Source: Myxococcota bacterium
GTDB lineage: Bacteria > Myxococcota_A > Polyangia > Polyangiales > Sandaracinaceae
Length of the DNA: 64,000 bases
Direction of reading: 5' to 3'
NCBI GenBank assembly: GCA_036149055.1
Contig: JAYZQJ010000069.1
Coordinates: forward strand, 107,950-171,949
This document shows positions 53,757-63,836 of this stretch, one piece after another. The notes beneath the pieces are model-generated. The model worked only from the letters and a program-made list of their open reading frames with translations. It ran no database searches and was not told the origin of the DNA. Every line of letters starts with the position of its first letter. Within the stretch, counting starts at the first letter, position 1. The position numbers and the translations under genes are program-made.

Positions 53757-56012
53757 ATGGCCGAGAACAACAGAGCAGCGGACGCCGAGCGCGGCGCGTC
53801 CGGCATCGACATCCGGCAGTACCTCCTCATCGGATGGACGTACAAGTGGCTCATCCTCGGCGTGGCGACCGTCGTCGCGGTGGGGGTGACGCTCTGGACC
53901 CTCCGCCAGCCGAAGGTCTACGCCGCGGTCGCGACCATCGAGTACGACCCGAGCCCGACCAGCCCGCTCGGGCGCGAGGTGGAGGACGTCGCCAGCCCGG
54001 TGGGCTCGTTCTGGACGACGCGGGAGTTCTTCGCGACCCAGAACCGGATCATCGGCAGCCGGGCCGTCGCCGAGCGGGTCGTCCAGGATCTCGGCCTCCA
54101 CCGCGACCCCTCGTTCTTCTACGTCGAGAGCTTCCAGTCGGACGAGCCCACCGTCGAGCAGGCGGCGCGCGTGCTCCAGGGCCGCCTGTCGGTCGAGCCC
54201 ATCGAGAACACCCGCATCGTCGCGATCCGGGTCGTCGACCGCGACCCCGACCGCGCGGCCACGCTCGCGAACGCGGTCGCCGAGTCGTACATCGCCAAGA
54301 CGCTCGAGGACCGCATGGGCTCGACCGTGAGCGCGCTCGAGTGGCTGGGCACCCAGCTCGACACCCTGCGCCACCAGCTCGACGAGTCCGAGCTGTCGCT
54401 CCACCGGTTCAAGGAGGAGCACAACATCCTGTCCGTCTCGATGGAGGACCGGCAGAACCTGGTCGCGAGCGACATCCAGCACTTCAACGAGGCGCTGACC
54501 CAGGTGCGCACCAAGCGCATCGAGCTCCAGGCGCGCGCCAACCGCATCCGCGACATCGCCGAGGCCGAGACCCCCGAGGAGAGCGCGTCGGCCTTCCCCG
54601 ACAACGAGACCATCGGGACGCTCCGCGAGCAGCTTCGCGGCAAGGCCGCCGAGCGAGAGGGCCTGAGCGTCCGCTACGGGCCCAACCACCAGCGCATGCA
54701 GCAGCTGGCCCACGAGATCGACGACCTCCGCCGTCAGCTCCGCGAAGAGGTGGGGGGCGTGCTCCGCGCCGCCGAGGCCGACGTGCGCGAGGCCGCTCGG
54801 GTGGAGTCCGGCATTCGCAGCGCGCTCGAAGACGCCCACTCGGCCGGCCTCGAGCTGAACCTGCGCGAGATCGAGTACAGCCGCCTCAACCGACAGCGCG
54901 AGAACAACGCCAAGCTGTACGACCTCGTCCTCGAGCGCACGACCGAGACGGACCTGACGCGCATGCTGCGCACCACGCACGCCCGCCTCCTCGACCGCGC
55001 GCTGCGCCCCAGCGCCCCGATCAGCCCCAAGGTGATGGCCAACGTCGGCGGCGGCGTCGGCGCCGGCCTGGTGCTCGCGCTCGGCCTGGCCTTCCTGCTC
55101 AGCCGCCTCGACCGCCGGCTCAAGTCGGTGGCCGACGTCGAGGGCATCGGGCTCACCGTGCTCGGCATCCTCCCGCGCATCGAGGAGGGAGACGAGTCGC
55201 AGCCGGTCTACGGGCGCCGCAACGGCAAGCGTCGGCGCAAGCCGCAGGGCGGACAGGACACGAGCCGCGACCTCTTCGTGCACACCCACCCGATGAGCGC
55301 GGCCGCCGAGTGCTGCCGCACCATCCGCACCAACCTCACGTTCATGAGCGCGGACGACCCGATCCGCGCGATGGTGATCACGAGCGCCAGCCCCCGCGAG
55401 GGCAAGACGACGGTGACCACCAACATCGCGATCTCGCTCGCCCAGAGCGGGAAGCGCGTGCTCATGGTCGACACCGACCTGCGTCGCCCCCGCATCCACC
55501 GGGCGTTCGGCGTGTCGGGCGCGCGCGGCGTCACCAGCGTGATCGTCGGTGAGGAGAAGCTGGAAGACCTCGCGGTGCCGACCGACATCCCGAACCTGGA
55601 CATCCTCCCCTGCGGGCCCATCCCGCCGAACCCGTCCGAGCTGCTCCACAGCCACAAGTTCCAGCACCTCATCGACGACGCGCTGCGCAGCTACGACCGC
55701 GTCATCTTCGACAGCCCGCCGCTCGGCGCGGTCACGGACGCCGCGGTCCTGGCGCCGCAGCTCGACGCCGCGCTCATCGTGGTCAAGGCGCAGTCGACCA
55801 CCCGCGACGCGCTCTCGTCGGCGCTCCGCCAGCTGCGAGACGTCGGCGCCAACGTGGTCGGCGGCGTGCTCAACGACCTGGACCCCCGCCGCAAAGGCTA
55901 CGGCGCGGGCGAGTACTACTACTACTACCGCCGCGACGGCTACTACGCCCAGGACGAGGACGACGCGGGCACCGACGACGACGCCCGCGGCGACGCTCGC
56001 CCGTCCGCCTGA
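53757..56012 (+). CDS. wzc: Wzc polysaccharide co-polymerase / tyrosine autokinase
   Basis: Two TMs with coiled coil; Walker A SASPREGKTT, DTDLRRP, DSPP; C-terminal Tyr cluster EYYYYYRRDGYY. Confidence 0.95.
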   Translation: MAENNRAADAERGASGIDIRQYLLIGWTYKWLILGVATVVAVGVTLWTLRQPKVYAAVATIEYDPSPTSPLGREVEDVASPVGSFWTTREFFATQNRIIGSRAVAERVVQDLGLHRDPSFFYVESFQSDEPTVEQAARVLQGRLSVEPIENTRIVAIRVVDRDPDRAATLANAVAESYIAKTLEDRMGSTVSALEWLGTQLDTLRHQLDESELSLHRFKEEHNILSVSMEDRQNLVASDIQHFNEALTQVRTKRIELQARANRIRDIAEAETPEESASAFPDNETIGTLREQLRGKAAEREGLSVRYGPNHQRMQQLAHEIDDLRRQLREEVGGVLRAAEADVREAARVESGIRSALEDAHSAGLELNLREIEYSRLNRQRENNAKLYDLVLERTTETDLTRMLRTTHARLLDRALRPSAPISPKVMANVGGGVGAGLVLALGLAFLLSRLDRRLKSVADVEGIGLTVLGILPRIEEGDESQPVYGRRNGKRRRKPQGGQDTSRDLFVHTHPMSAAAECCRTIRTNLTFMSADDPIRAMVITSASPREGKTTVTTNIAISLAQSGKRVLMVDTDLRRPRIHRAFGVSGARGVTSVIVGEEKLEDLAVPTDIPNLDILPCGPIPPNPSELLHSHKFQHLIDDALRSYDRVIFDSPPLGAVTDAAVLAPQLDAALIVVKAQSTTRDALSSALRQLRDVGANVVGGVLNDLDPRRKGYGAGEYYYYYRRDGYYAQDEDDAGTDDDARGDARPSA

Positions 56013-57230
56013 TCACTCGGCGCCGCAGGGCCTCAGGTCGTGAGGCCGCCGGTAGCCGAGCGGGCTCCACGCCGCCGCGACGCCCTCGGCTCGACTCCAG
56101 CCCGCGTCCACCCGGCCGAGGAGGCTCCCGTCCGGCGCGCCCTCGCGCATCGCCTCCACCACCCGGCCGAGCAACACCTCGCTCGGGTGAAAGCCGTCGA
56201 GCATGTAGCGGTCGTCGAGCCCGTAGGTCGCCGGCGTCTCGGCCACGACCACCTGCACCCCTCGGGTCCCGCGCGCCGCGTCGAGGTAGGCGCTCCACCA
56301 GCGCAGGTGCTCCGGCGACGCCTCGATGGCGGCGCGCACCTCGGTCGAGAGCGGCGGCACGAACAGCACGACGTGCGTCCCCTCCAGCGCGCGCATCGCC
56401 TCGGTCGCCGCGCGCCATCGGACCGCGTCGAAGCCGCCGTCGACCGCGAACTGCCGGCTGCTCCGGGCCACGCGCTCGACGACCGGAGGATCCTCCCGGT
56501 CGCGGTAGACGGGATCGCAGGCGAACTGCTGCAGCCATCCGCCGTAGCGCCGGCTCCCGTCGACCCGGAAGCCGCTCCCGCCTCGCGCGTGCAGGCCGAT
56601 GCCCCGCGCCTCGTCGCTGGGGCCGCGGAGCGCCTCCAGCAGCGGCCCCGAGTCGCCGGGCACGGCCAGCAGCGCGGCCACGTGGGCGCTGGGATCGAAG
56701 GCCGCGTCGGTCAGGCTCGCCGGCTCGAGCCAGCTCGAGGGTCCGGGCGCGCCGCGGGTGAACCACCACGGGTCCACACCGATGACGAGCACCTCTGGGC
56801 GCGTCACGGTGCCGTCGGCGAGCTTCCCGAGCAGCGACATCAGGTCCGCGTGGCCCTGGAGCAGCCCGCCGGCGTTGTAGAACGAGACCGGCTCGAAGTG
56901 CTCGGCCCGGAGCTGCATGACGCGCGAGCTGCCGACCACGAGCACGTCGGCGCGCGCCCGCGCGATGCCCTCCAGCTTGTAGACGTTGAACTGCTGCGAG
57001 AAGAAGCGGCGGCCCCAGAGCAGCTCCTCGCCGCGCGCGGCGGCCTCCCGCTGAGCGTCCAGCGCGCGCGCCGCCGGCCAGCTCTCCCCCGCGCGCCACA
57101 TCGCTAGCTCGAACGGCGAGGCGAGGATCACGAACGGGAGGGCGAACAGGGCCACCCGCCCGACGAGGCGCCACGCCTTCCTCGCGTCGGAGGGCGGCTC
57201 AGAACTGGAAGTAGATGAAGGGAGATTCAC
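56013..57230 (-). CDS. Membrane-anchored SGNH-like partner of the MBOAT (AlgJ/DltD-like)
   Basis: N-terminal TM; VLVVGSSR, FYNAG, C-terminal DGFH; directly downstream of the MBOAT. Confidence 0.65.
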   Translation of the reverse strand: MNLPSSTSSSEPPSDARKAWRLVGRVALFALPFVILASPFELAMWRAGESWPAARALDAQREAAARGEELLWGRRFFSQQFNVYKLEGIARARADVLVVGSSRVMQLRAEHFEPVSFYNAGGLLQGHADLMSLLGKLADGTVTRPEVLVIGVDPWWFTRGAPGPSSWLEPASLTDAAFDPSAHVAALLAVPGDSGPLLEALRGPSDEARGIGLHARGGSGFRVDGSRRYGGWLQQFACDPVYRDREDPPVVERVARSSRQFAVDGGFDAVRWRAATEAMRALEGTHVVLFVPPLSTEVRAAIEASPEHLRWWSAYLDAARGTRGVQVVVAETPATYGLDDRYMLDGFHPSEVLLGRVVEAMREGAPDGSLLGRVDAGWSRAEGVAAAWSPLGYRRPHDLRPCGAE

Positions 57231-58592
57231 CGAAGTTCCCCAGGGCGCACAGGACGGCGGCCGCGGCGTAGTAGGAGGCCCAGCGGGCGGGCTTGGGCCA
57301 CGAGGCGACGTCGAGCGGGTGAGCGCGGCGCCGCGAGAGCCACTCGACGCTCATGAGGGCGACGCCGAGCAGCAGCGGCCGCAGCTGGGTGCCGGGCGGC
57401 CGACCGGCGCCGATCTCGGTCACCATGCGCGTGATGTACGCGAGCGCGTCTCCGATCGTCGGCGCGCGGAAGAAGATCCAGGCCAGCATGACCAGCGACA
57501 GGGTCGCGCCCCACTTCAGGAGGCTCTCGAGCCGCGTCGCCCGCCGGGTCGTGCGGCGGCGGAGGAAGGTCTCGGGCACGTAGTAGAGCGCGTGGAGCGC
57601 GCCCCAGGCCACGAAGGTCCAGGCGGCGCCGTGCCACAGCCCGCTGACCAGGAACACGACCGCGACGTTCCGCAGGTGCATCCAGCGACCGCCTCGGTTG
57701 CCCCCGAGCGGGATGTAGACGTAGTCGCGGAACCAGGTGGACAGCGAGATGTGCCAGCGCTTCCAGAACTCACCGAAGCTGGTGGAGAAGTAAGGCGTCC
57801 GGAAGTTCGTGGAGAGCTCGTGTCCGAAGAGGCGCGCGCACCCGATCGCGATGTCCGAGTACCCCGAGAAGTCGCAATAGATCTGGACACCGAAGAGGAA
57901 CGCGCCGACCGCCAGCGCGAGGCCGTTCAGCTCGGCGTGGGACGCGAACGCGGCGTCGGCCGCCGCCGCCACGCCGTCCGCGACCACCGCCTTCTTCACC
58001 AGCCCCCACGCCATCAGGCGGAGCCCGTCCTTCGCCCCCGCCACGTCCAGCTCGCGTCGCCTCTCGAACTGCGGGAGCAGCGAGGAGGCGCGCTCGATCG
58101 GGCCCGCGACGAGCTGAGGGAAGAAGCTGACGAACCCGAAGAACGCGAGCGGATCCCGGGTCGCGGGCATCTGCCGGCGGTAGACGTCGATCGTGTAGCT
58201 GAGCGTCTGGAAGGTGTAGAAGCTGATGCCGACCGGCAGGAGCAGGTCGAGCGTGATGGCGTCGACATGCCAGCCCACCGCGGCCGCGGCGTCGGCGAAC
58301 GACCGGGTGAAGAAGCCGAGGTACTTGAAGACCGCGAGCGTGCCGAGGTTGGCGAAGAGGCTGAGCCCGAGGAGCAGCTTGCGGGTCCGCGGCGCGTCCC
58401 GCCGGTCGAGCTCGCGGGCGACGAAGAAGTCGACCAGCGAGCTGCCCGCGATCAGCGCGAGGAACCGCCAGTCCCACCAGCCGTAGAAAATGTAGCTTGC
58501 GACAGGAGGAGCGCGTTCTGGCGCCGCGCCGTCCCGGACGCCGCCGTCCAGTAGAGCAGGAAGAGCGCGAACGCGAGCGAGTTGAAGAGCAC
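57199..58592 (-). pseudogene. algI: AlgI-like MBOAT O-acyltransferase with a frameshift near 58501-58503
   Basis: GTG 58592 encodes MLFNSLAFALFLLYW..QNALLL, then ASYIFYGWWDWRF continues in another frame. Body has LPVGISFYTFQ, QLVAGPIER, DFSGYSD, RWHISL, GLWHGA. Confidence 0.8.
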
Positions 58593-58617
58593 CGGACCCT
58601 CGGCGTCGCCGGCTCGC

Positions 58618-59211
58618 TCAGAAGATGCGCTCTGGCACGAAGATGATGTCGCCCGCGCGCACCGGGATGTCCTCGCTCGCGCCGAGCGTGATCTGCTCGA
58701 GGGGGAGCGAGTAGCGCCGCAGCGATCCCTCCACGCGCCGGGTCAGGATCGCGCCGTTCCGGTTGGCGAGCTCCGTCGTGCCCCCGGCGAGGCCGACCGC
58801 CTGGAGCGCGGTGAGCCCCGGGTTGATCGGGTAGTTGCCCGGCGAGTTCACGGCCCCGCTGACGCTGATCCGCTTGGACGCGTACTCGGTGACCAGGACC
58901 GAGACCTGAGGCCGCACGAGCACCCCACCGGTCTGGAGCCGCTGCTCGAGCAGGTCGGCGACCTCGGTCGGCTCGAGCTCGGCCACCACCACCCGGCCGA
59001 CGTAGGGGAAGTCGATGGTGCCGTCCTGGGCGACCCGGTAGTTGTTGGAGAGGTCCTCCTCCCCGTAGACGCGGATGTCGAACATGTCGCCCGCGCCCAG
59101 GCTCGTGTCGTCGTGGCTGGGCGCAGGCGGGCGCGCGCTCGAGGCGGGCGGCCCACAGGCGGAGAGCCAGGCGGCGAGCGTCGCCGAGGCGATCATGAAG
59201 CGCAGGGACAT
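58618..59211 (-). CDS. wza: Short OPX/Wza lipoprotein (Poly_export + one SLBB, no OM helix)
   Basis: Lipobox LSAC; LGAGD..IRVYGEEDL, DGTIDFPYVG, VSGAV..PG.Y; ends at GDIIFVPERIF. Confidence 0.88.
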   Translation of the reverse strand: MSLRFMIASATLAAWLSACGPPASSARPPAPSHDDTSLGAGDMFDIRVYGEEDLSNNYRVAQDGTIDFPYVGRVVVAELEPTEVADLLEQRLQTGGVLVRPQVSVLVTEYASKRISVSGAVNSPGNYPINPGLTALQAVGLAGGTTELANRNGAILTRRVEGSLRRYSLPLEQITLGASEDIPVRAGDIIFVPERIF

Positions 59212-59260
59212 CGAAGACACCGTGGCGCGCGGGGCGCGCCGCATTCGAGGGCGAGGCGGC

Positions 59261-60625
59261 TCAGTAGAAGACGCGGACGCCGAGCCAGGCCTCGAACTTG
59301 TTGAACCCGGCCGGGTCAATCGGATCCACCGGCCGCATGACTCGGTACTGGTAGTCGGTGAACGCGCCGGTGTACTGGAGCGTCGCGTTGACCCCGAGCC
59401 AGTCGGTGAAGCGGTACTCGCCGAAGACCGAGCCGATGAGGCGGAAGTCGCCGCGGCCGAGCGAGGTGCCGACCGGGGTCATGCCGTCCGGGAGCACGAT
59501 CGCGCCGAACTCGTAGTAGCCGAAGGAGGCCTCGACCCCGAGCAGGAAGGCCCCGTCGATGATCGTCTGGAAGTTCGCGTAGCCCCGGTCCTGCCGGTAG
59601 AAGTTGCCGATGAACGAGGGCTGGAAGTCGCGGTCGTAGCCGAAGTTCAGCCGGGTGTTGTCGGTGATCTTCCAGCGCGCCTCCACCTGGGCCACGAACG
59701 ACTCGTACTCCTGGTCGTAGGTGAAGGTGTCGGAGTAGAAGCCGGCCGCGTAGCCGGCGGCGGCGAGCACCGAGAAGTTGCTGGTGAAGGCGCCGTTGAG
59801 CCCCACCCGGGTCCGGAGCAGGACGCCGTCGTTGGTGAGGACGGGGCCGTCCATCGGGCCGAAGTAGTCCAGCACGTTCACGGTGGTGTCGTGGAAGATC
59901 GCGGTCTGCGGCAGGAACCGGAAGGTCTCCTGGAGCGAGATCACGTGCTGGAAGCGGTTCCCGTACTGGAACTGCTCCTCCTCGAAGAAGTTGAGGCGGA
60001 AGTTGTAGCCGGCCGTCACCCGGAAGACGTCGCCGGTGGTGGCGAAGTTGAGGCGGACCCCTGCGTCGTTCTGGATGCGCGCGTAGCTGACGCTGCGATC
60101 GAAGTTCTCGGTGAACGGCCGGATCGAGCGCCCGAACTCGTTCGAGAGGTCGAACGAGAAGGTGCGCCCGGGGAGGACGCTGAGCGCCAGGCTCGCGTCG
60201 AGCTCCATGTTGGAGCGGTCCAGGTCGTTGAAGAAGGCGTAGAACGAGCCCGAGATGCCGCCGCGGAAGGTGACCGGGGGCTGGGTGCGCGCCGACTCCT
60301 CGTCGCCGCCGGGGGTGCCCTCGCCCTCCGAGCGACGCTGCGCGCCGCGGGTCGCGATCAGCAGGTGCGCGGTGGCGCGCAGGATGCCCGAGTCCACGGC
60401 CGGCGTGGTCGTGTCGTCCGAGTAGTAGAGGTTGGAGTCGTACCCGACCTCCACTCCGAGGCCCGGGTGCAGCTCGAAGTCACCGACCCGGATGCCCGGA
60501 CCCTCGGCCCTCGAACGATCCGAGAGCCACCCCTGCGCGTGGACCAGGGCGGGGCTGATCGCCGTGAGAGCGACCGCCACCAGCACCAACCGGAGGCTAC
60601 CAACAATACGCAAGACTATCTCCAA
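59261..60625 (-). CDS. Outer-membrane beta-barrel, Wzp/EpsX-like polysaccharide porin
   Basis: Signal peptide; GIRVGDFELHPG...GYDSN; alternating beta strands; C-terminal GVRVFY; adjacent to the short wza. Confidence 0.8.
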   Translation of the reverse strand: MEIVLRIVGSLRLVLVAVALTAISPALVHAQGWLSDRSRAEGPGIRVGDFELHPGLGVEVGYDSNLYYSDDTTTPAVDSGILRATAHLLIATRGAQRRSEGEGTPGGDEESARTQPPVTFRGGISGSFYAFFNDLDRSNMELDASLALSVLPGRTFSFDLSNEFGRSIRPFTENFDRSVSYARIQNDAGVRLNFATTGDVFRVTAGYNFRLNFFEEEQFQYGNRFQHVISLQETFRFLPQTAIFHDTTVNVLDYFGPMDGPVLTNDGVLLRTRVGLNGAFTSNFSVLAAAGYAAGFYSDTFTYDQEYESFVAQVEARWKITDNTRLNFGYDRDFQPSFIGNFYRQDRGYANFQTIIDGAFLLGVEASFGYYEFGAIVLPDGMTPVGTSLGRGDFRLIGSVFGEYRFTDWLGVNATLQYTGAFTDYQYRVMRPVDPIDPAGFNKFEAWLGVRVFY

Positions 60626-60658
60626 GTGCGCCTGGCAGGGCTCGAGGCTCGACGAGTC

Positions 60659-61267
60659 CTAGATCTCGGGGCTGGCGGGCGGGGGGATGAAGGGCACGGA
60701 CGGCGGCGCGGGGTCGCGGACCTGGAGGTCCTCCTCCGGAGTCCCCGGGTCGATGTCGGTCACCACACGCGTCGTGCCCGTCTCGAAGATGTCCTGCCCG
60801 ATGCAGGCGTTCGCCTCCTGCTCGAGGGTGCGGAAGGCCTGGCCGATGACCGTGATCACGGTGAACTCGTGATTGCGGCGCTCCGAGTCCTGGATGTTGA
60901 TGGCCTCTTCCAGGGTCTCCGTGCGGCTCTGCAGCTGGCGGAGGCGCGCGTTGATCTGGGCGAGCTTGTCGTTGAGGCAGGTGACCCGGATGATGTCTCG
61001 CTCCCGGCGGGCCTCGTCGAGCATGGCGAGCACGCGGCGGCTGATCTGCGTGCCGCGCTCCTCGAGGCGCTCGGCCTCCGCGAGCTGCTCCTGAGGGGTC
61101 AGCTGCGCGCGGCGACGGACACCGATCTCGGCGTCCACACCATCGTCATCGACGTCGCTTTCTTCTGCTTCGTTCTCCGCGTCCTGCGCGATGGCGATGC
61201 CGAAGCCGGTGGCTCCGAGCAAGGCCCCCACGAGGAGCGCGATGAGCGCTCGTCGTCCGTCAAGCAT
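60659..61267 (-). CDS. Secreted coiled-coil hypothetical protein
   Basis: Signal peptide ..AIAQ; acidic stretch; RDIIRVTCLNDKL..EANACIG; GGGAGG RBS. Confidence 0.8.
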   Translation of the reverse strand: MLDGRRALIALLVGALLGATGFGIAIAQDAENEAEESDVDDDGVDAEIGVRRRAQLTPQEQLAEAERLEERGTQISRRVLAMLDEARRERDIIRVTCLNDKLAQINARLRQLQSRTETLEEAINIQDSERRNHEFTVITVIGQAFRTLEQEANACIGQDIFETGTTRVVTDIDPGTPEEDLQVRDPAPPSVPFIPPPASPEI

Positions 61268-61293
61268 GGGATCCCCTCCCGAATAGGGTGCCG

Positions 61294-61321
61294 AGTATAT
61301 CGGCGGGCGCGTTCAAGTCAA
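61294..61321 (-). promoter_or_regulatory. Putative sigma70 promoter for the hypothetical-barrel-wza-MBOAT operon
   Basis: Minus strand TTGACT-N16-TATACT with A-tracts upstream, 27 bp from the ATG. Confidence 0.6.
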
Positions 61322-61536
61322 CGCGTTGGATTCGTCGGTTTTTCGAGTCGTTTTGCGTCATTTCGCGCGTTCGCCTGGGTCGTCTGTGGGGTGCGTTGCG
61401 CGAGGAGCGACGCGGGTTCAGAGCCGTGCTCCGGCTTTAGCCCCTCCCGATCCGGGACCAAGCCGCAAACCACCGAAACGCGAACGAGGCGCGAGCCTAC
61501 AGGCCCGCGCCTCGCGCTGGGTTCGTCGGTGCTTCG

Positions 61537-63015
61537 CTACTGCTGTGGGGCGAACACGAACGGGTAGGCGAAGCTCACGCTGCCGCCCTCGGGGCCCGGG
61601 TTGAAGCGGAAGCGACGGATCGTGTTGACCACGCAGCTCGCGACCGCCGGGCTGCCCGTCGTGTTCTCCTGGGCGGTGGCGTTGCTCACCGTGCCGGTGG
61701 GCTGGATGGTGAAGCGGACGAGCACGCGGCCGGCCAGGGTCGGGTTGTTGCGGAGCTCGCGCTCGTAGCAGGTCTGGATCGCGCGGATCCGGGCCCGGAT
61801 CTGGCGGGTGACGATGCTCGGGTCGAAGACGCCCGAGCCGCTCTCGTCCTCGAGCGCCCCGGCGTTGACCCGGCCGCGGATGACGCGCTCGACGATCCGC
61901 TCGCCCTCCTGCTGCTGCTGACCGGCGCCACCGCCCTGACGGGCCTGGAGGCCGCCGAGGCCTTCGGTCCGGCCGCCCACCCGGCCGCCGCCGCCGCGCT
62001 CGCGGAGGCTGCCGCCTTCGGCGCTGGTCGCGACGCCGACGCCTTCGGCCTGGGCGAGCACGTCCTCGGCGCTGCCCGTGACCGCGCCGCCGGCCAGGAC
62101 GTCCTGGAAGGCGCCGTCCGCGCCGCCGAGCGCGCCGAGCAGCATCTGCTCGACCTGGGCCTGGGCCTCCTCGACCGCGAGGCGGGCGTCGGAGTCCGCG
62201 CGGCTCTCACCGCTGCTGCTCGTGGGCTCGTTGGAGCTCGAGGTGCTCGACTGCTCGGAGGGCTGCTGGGTGGGCGCCTCGGCGACCTCCTCGACCTCCT
62301 CCTCGACCTCGTCGGACACCTCGACCTCTTCGACCTCTTCCTCTTGCGGCGGCTCGGGCTCGTTGAAGATGAGCTCGGCGACGCGATCGGGGATCGTGGC
62401 GATCGTGGGCTCCACCGGCCAGTCGGCGTTCTCCAGATAGATGATGAACCCGAAGTGGGTCATGAAGGAGAACATCACGAAGGCGGTGAAGAGCCAGTCG
62501 ATGCCGGCGATGAAGCCGCCGACGACGGCCGCCGGGAGCTGGGGCCGCGGCTGGATGGGCGGCGGCACCACGAACTGGAAGAGCAGCGTCGTGTCGCCGA
62601 TGACGACCTTGCCGCGCGAGGTGTCGTTGAGCTTGACCTGGTAGTAGCCCTGGGCCTTGCGGGCGCCGCCGCTCTTGCGCAGCTCCTCGAGCTCCTGGAC
62701 GCCGCCGGGCAGGCCGACGCGGCCTCGCATCTCGTCGGTGAAGTTCAGGATGTAGTCGCTGCCCACGAGCTGGAACAGCTCGAAGCGGGAGCTGAGGCCG
62801 CCCGCGGTCACGACGAAGTGGTTCTTCTCCGAGGAGCCGACGGTGACGGTCTCTCGCCGGCGGATGATCCGCTCCTCGACGATCTTGCCGCCCTGGATCA
62901 GGCCGATGCGCAGGACCTTCGGGCCGCTCGGGCGCTGCTGGACGGCCTGCATGGCCATCGTCATCGCCCCGGGGCGGCCCCTACCCTGTCGCTGCGGCTG
63001 TTGGCTGGTGCTCAT
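61537..63015 (-). CDS. GltG/PglI-like protein (FHA-like N-terminus, one TM, AgmX/PglI TonB-like C-terminus)
   Basis: KVLRIGLIQGGKIVEERII; TM helix; E/S/G-rich linker; AIQTCYERELR.NP.LAGRV.V.FTI...CV...F..P.GG.V...YPFVF. Confidence 0.82.
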   Translation of the reverse strand: MSTSQQPQRQGRGRPGAMTMAMQAVQQRPSGPKVLRIGLIQGGKIVEERIIRRRETVTVGSSEKNHFVVTAGGLSSRFELFQLVGSDYILNFTDEMRGRVGLPGGVQELEELRKSGGARKAQGYYQVKLNDTSRGKVVIGDTTLLFQFVVPPPIQPRPQLPAAVVGGFIAGIDWLFTAFVMFSFMTHFGFIIYLENADWPVEPTIATIPDRVAELIFNEPEPPQEEEVEEVEVSDEVEEEVEEVAEAPTQQPSEQSSTSSSNEPTSSSGESRADSDARLAVEEAQAQVEQMLLGALGGADGAFQDVLAGGAVTGSAEDVLAQAEGVGVATSAEGGSLRERGGGGRVGGRTEGLGGLQARQGGGAGQQQQEGERIVERVIRGRVNAGALEDESGSGVFDPSIVTRQIRARIRAIQTCYERELRNNPTLAGRVLVRFTIQPTGTVSNATAQENTTGSPAVASCVVNTIRRFRFNPGPEGGSVSFAYPFVFAPQQ

Positions 63016-63176
63016 CCTGGTCTTTCCCCATCGTCACCCGCGCGCGCGGGGGGCTTCTCAGACTTCTGTCCCGGGGGTTCGACGCCACGCAGCGGGAGAA
63101 GTTCCCAGGCGCGACGGTCGTTTTTTCGCCGCCGAAGCCTAACACCGCGTCGGCCTGGGGGTCCAGGCGCGATGCA

Positions 63177-63836
63177 TCAGTGTGCTGTGGGTTCGTCCGG
63201 GTCAACGGACGGTTCGACGGGATCTTTCACCCCGTCCTTGGGCGACAGGTCCTTGGGCGACAGCGCCTCCTCGACCGAGGCGACGACCCGGCGGCTCTCG
63301 GCGATCCGCTCCTTGGCGATCTTCTTGAGCACCGTCCAGGACCCCAGGGCGAGGCTCGAGGTGCTGATGCCGAGCGCGATGGCGATCACCGCCCGCCCCA
63401 GGCCGATGTTCTCGACCAGGCCCGCCTGCAGCCGCATCAGCCCGTGATCGCCGACGAAGATCCAGCCGATGGAGATCGCCGCCCCCAGGAACCCGAGCGC
63501 CGAGCCGATCGAGGCCGAGATCCGGAGCGCCCGCATGCCCCGGGCCGCCAGCCCCTGGACGTCCATCAGCGCGTCCTCGAGGTCGATGATCCGGTCCTGC
63601 TCGGACCGCTCCGGATCGACCAGCGGCCAGACGCACTCCGCGATCCAGGCCGGCCGGGCGTCGCGCACCAGGCCGGCCGCGCGCTCGTGCTCCCCCGCGC
63701 GCAGCAGCTGCACGAGGGCCCGGCGGAAAGGCCCCGCGTCGAGCGCCGACCGGTAGGCGAGCGCGCGCACCCGCTCGATCACCAGCCCGAGCACGGCGAC
63801 GAGGAAGAGCCCCTGGAAGACGTGGAAGACGATCAC
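63177..63836 (-). CDS. Divergent MotA/TolQ/ExbB-like membrane protein
   Basis: TM1 followed by IER; cytoplasmic helices; ALGFLG in TM2 and GLGRAVIAIALG in TM3. Confidence 0.62.
   Translation of the reverse strand: MIVFHVFQGLFLVAVLGLVIERVRALAYRSALDAGPFRRALVQLLRAGEHERAAGLVRDARPAWIAECVWPLVDPERSEQDRIIDLEDALMDVQGLAARGMRALRISASIGSALGFLGAAISIGWIFVGDHGLMRLQAGLVENIGLGRAVIAIALGISTSSLALGSWTVLKKIAKERIAESRRVVASVEEALSPKDLSPKDGVKDPVEPSVDPDEPTAH

Noticed and set aside
62281..62345. CTCGACCTC-type short repeats
   Set aside because: Encode the Glu/Val-rich linker of the GltG-like protein; not CRISPR or VNTR.
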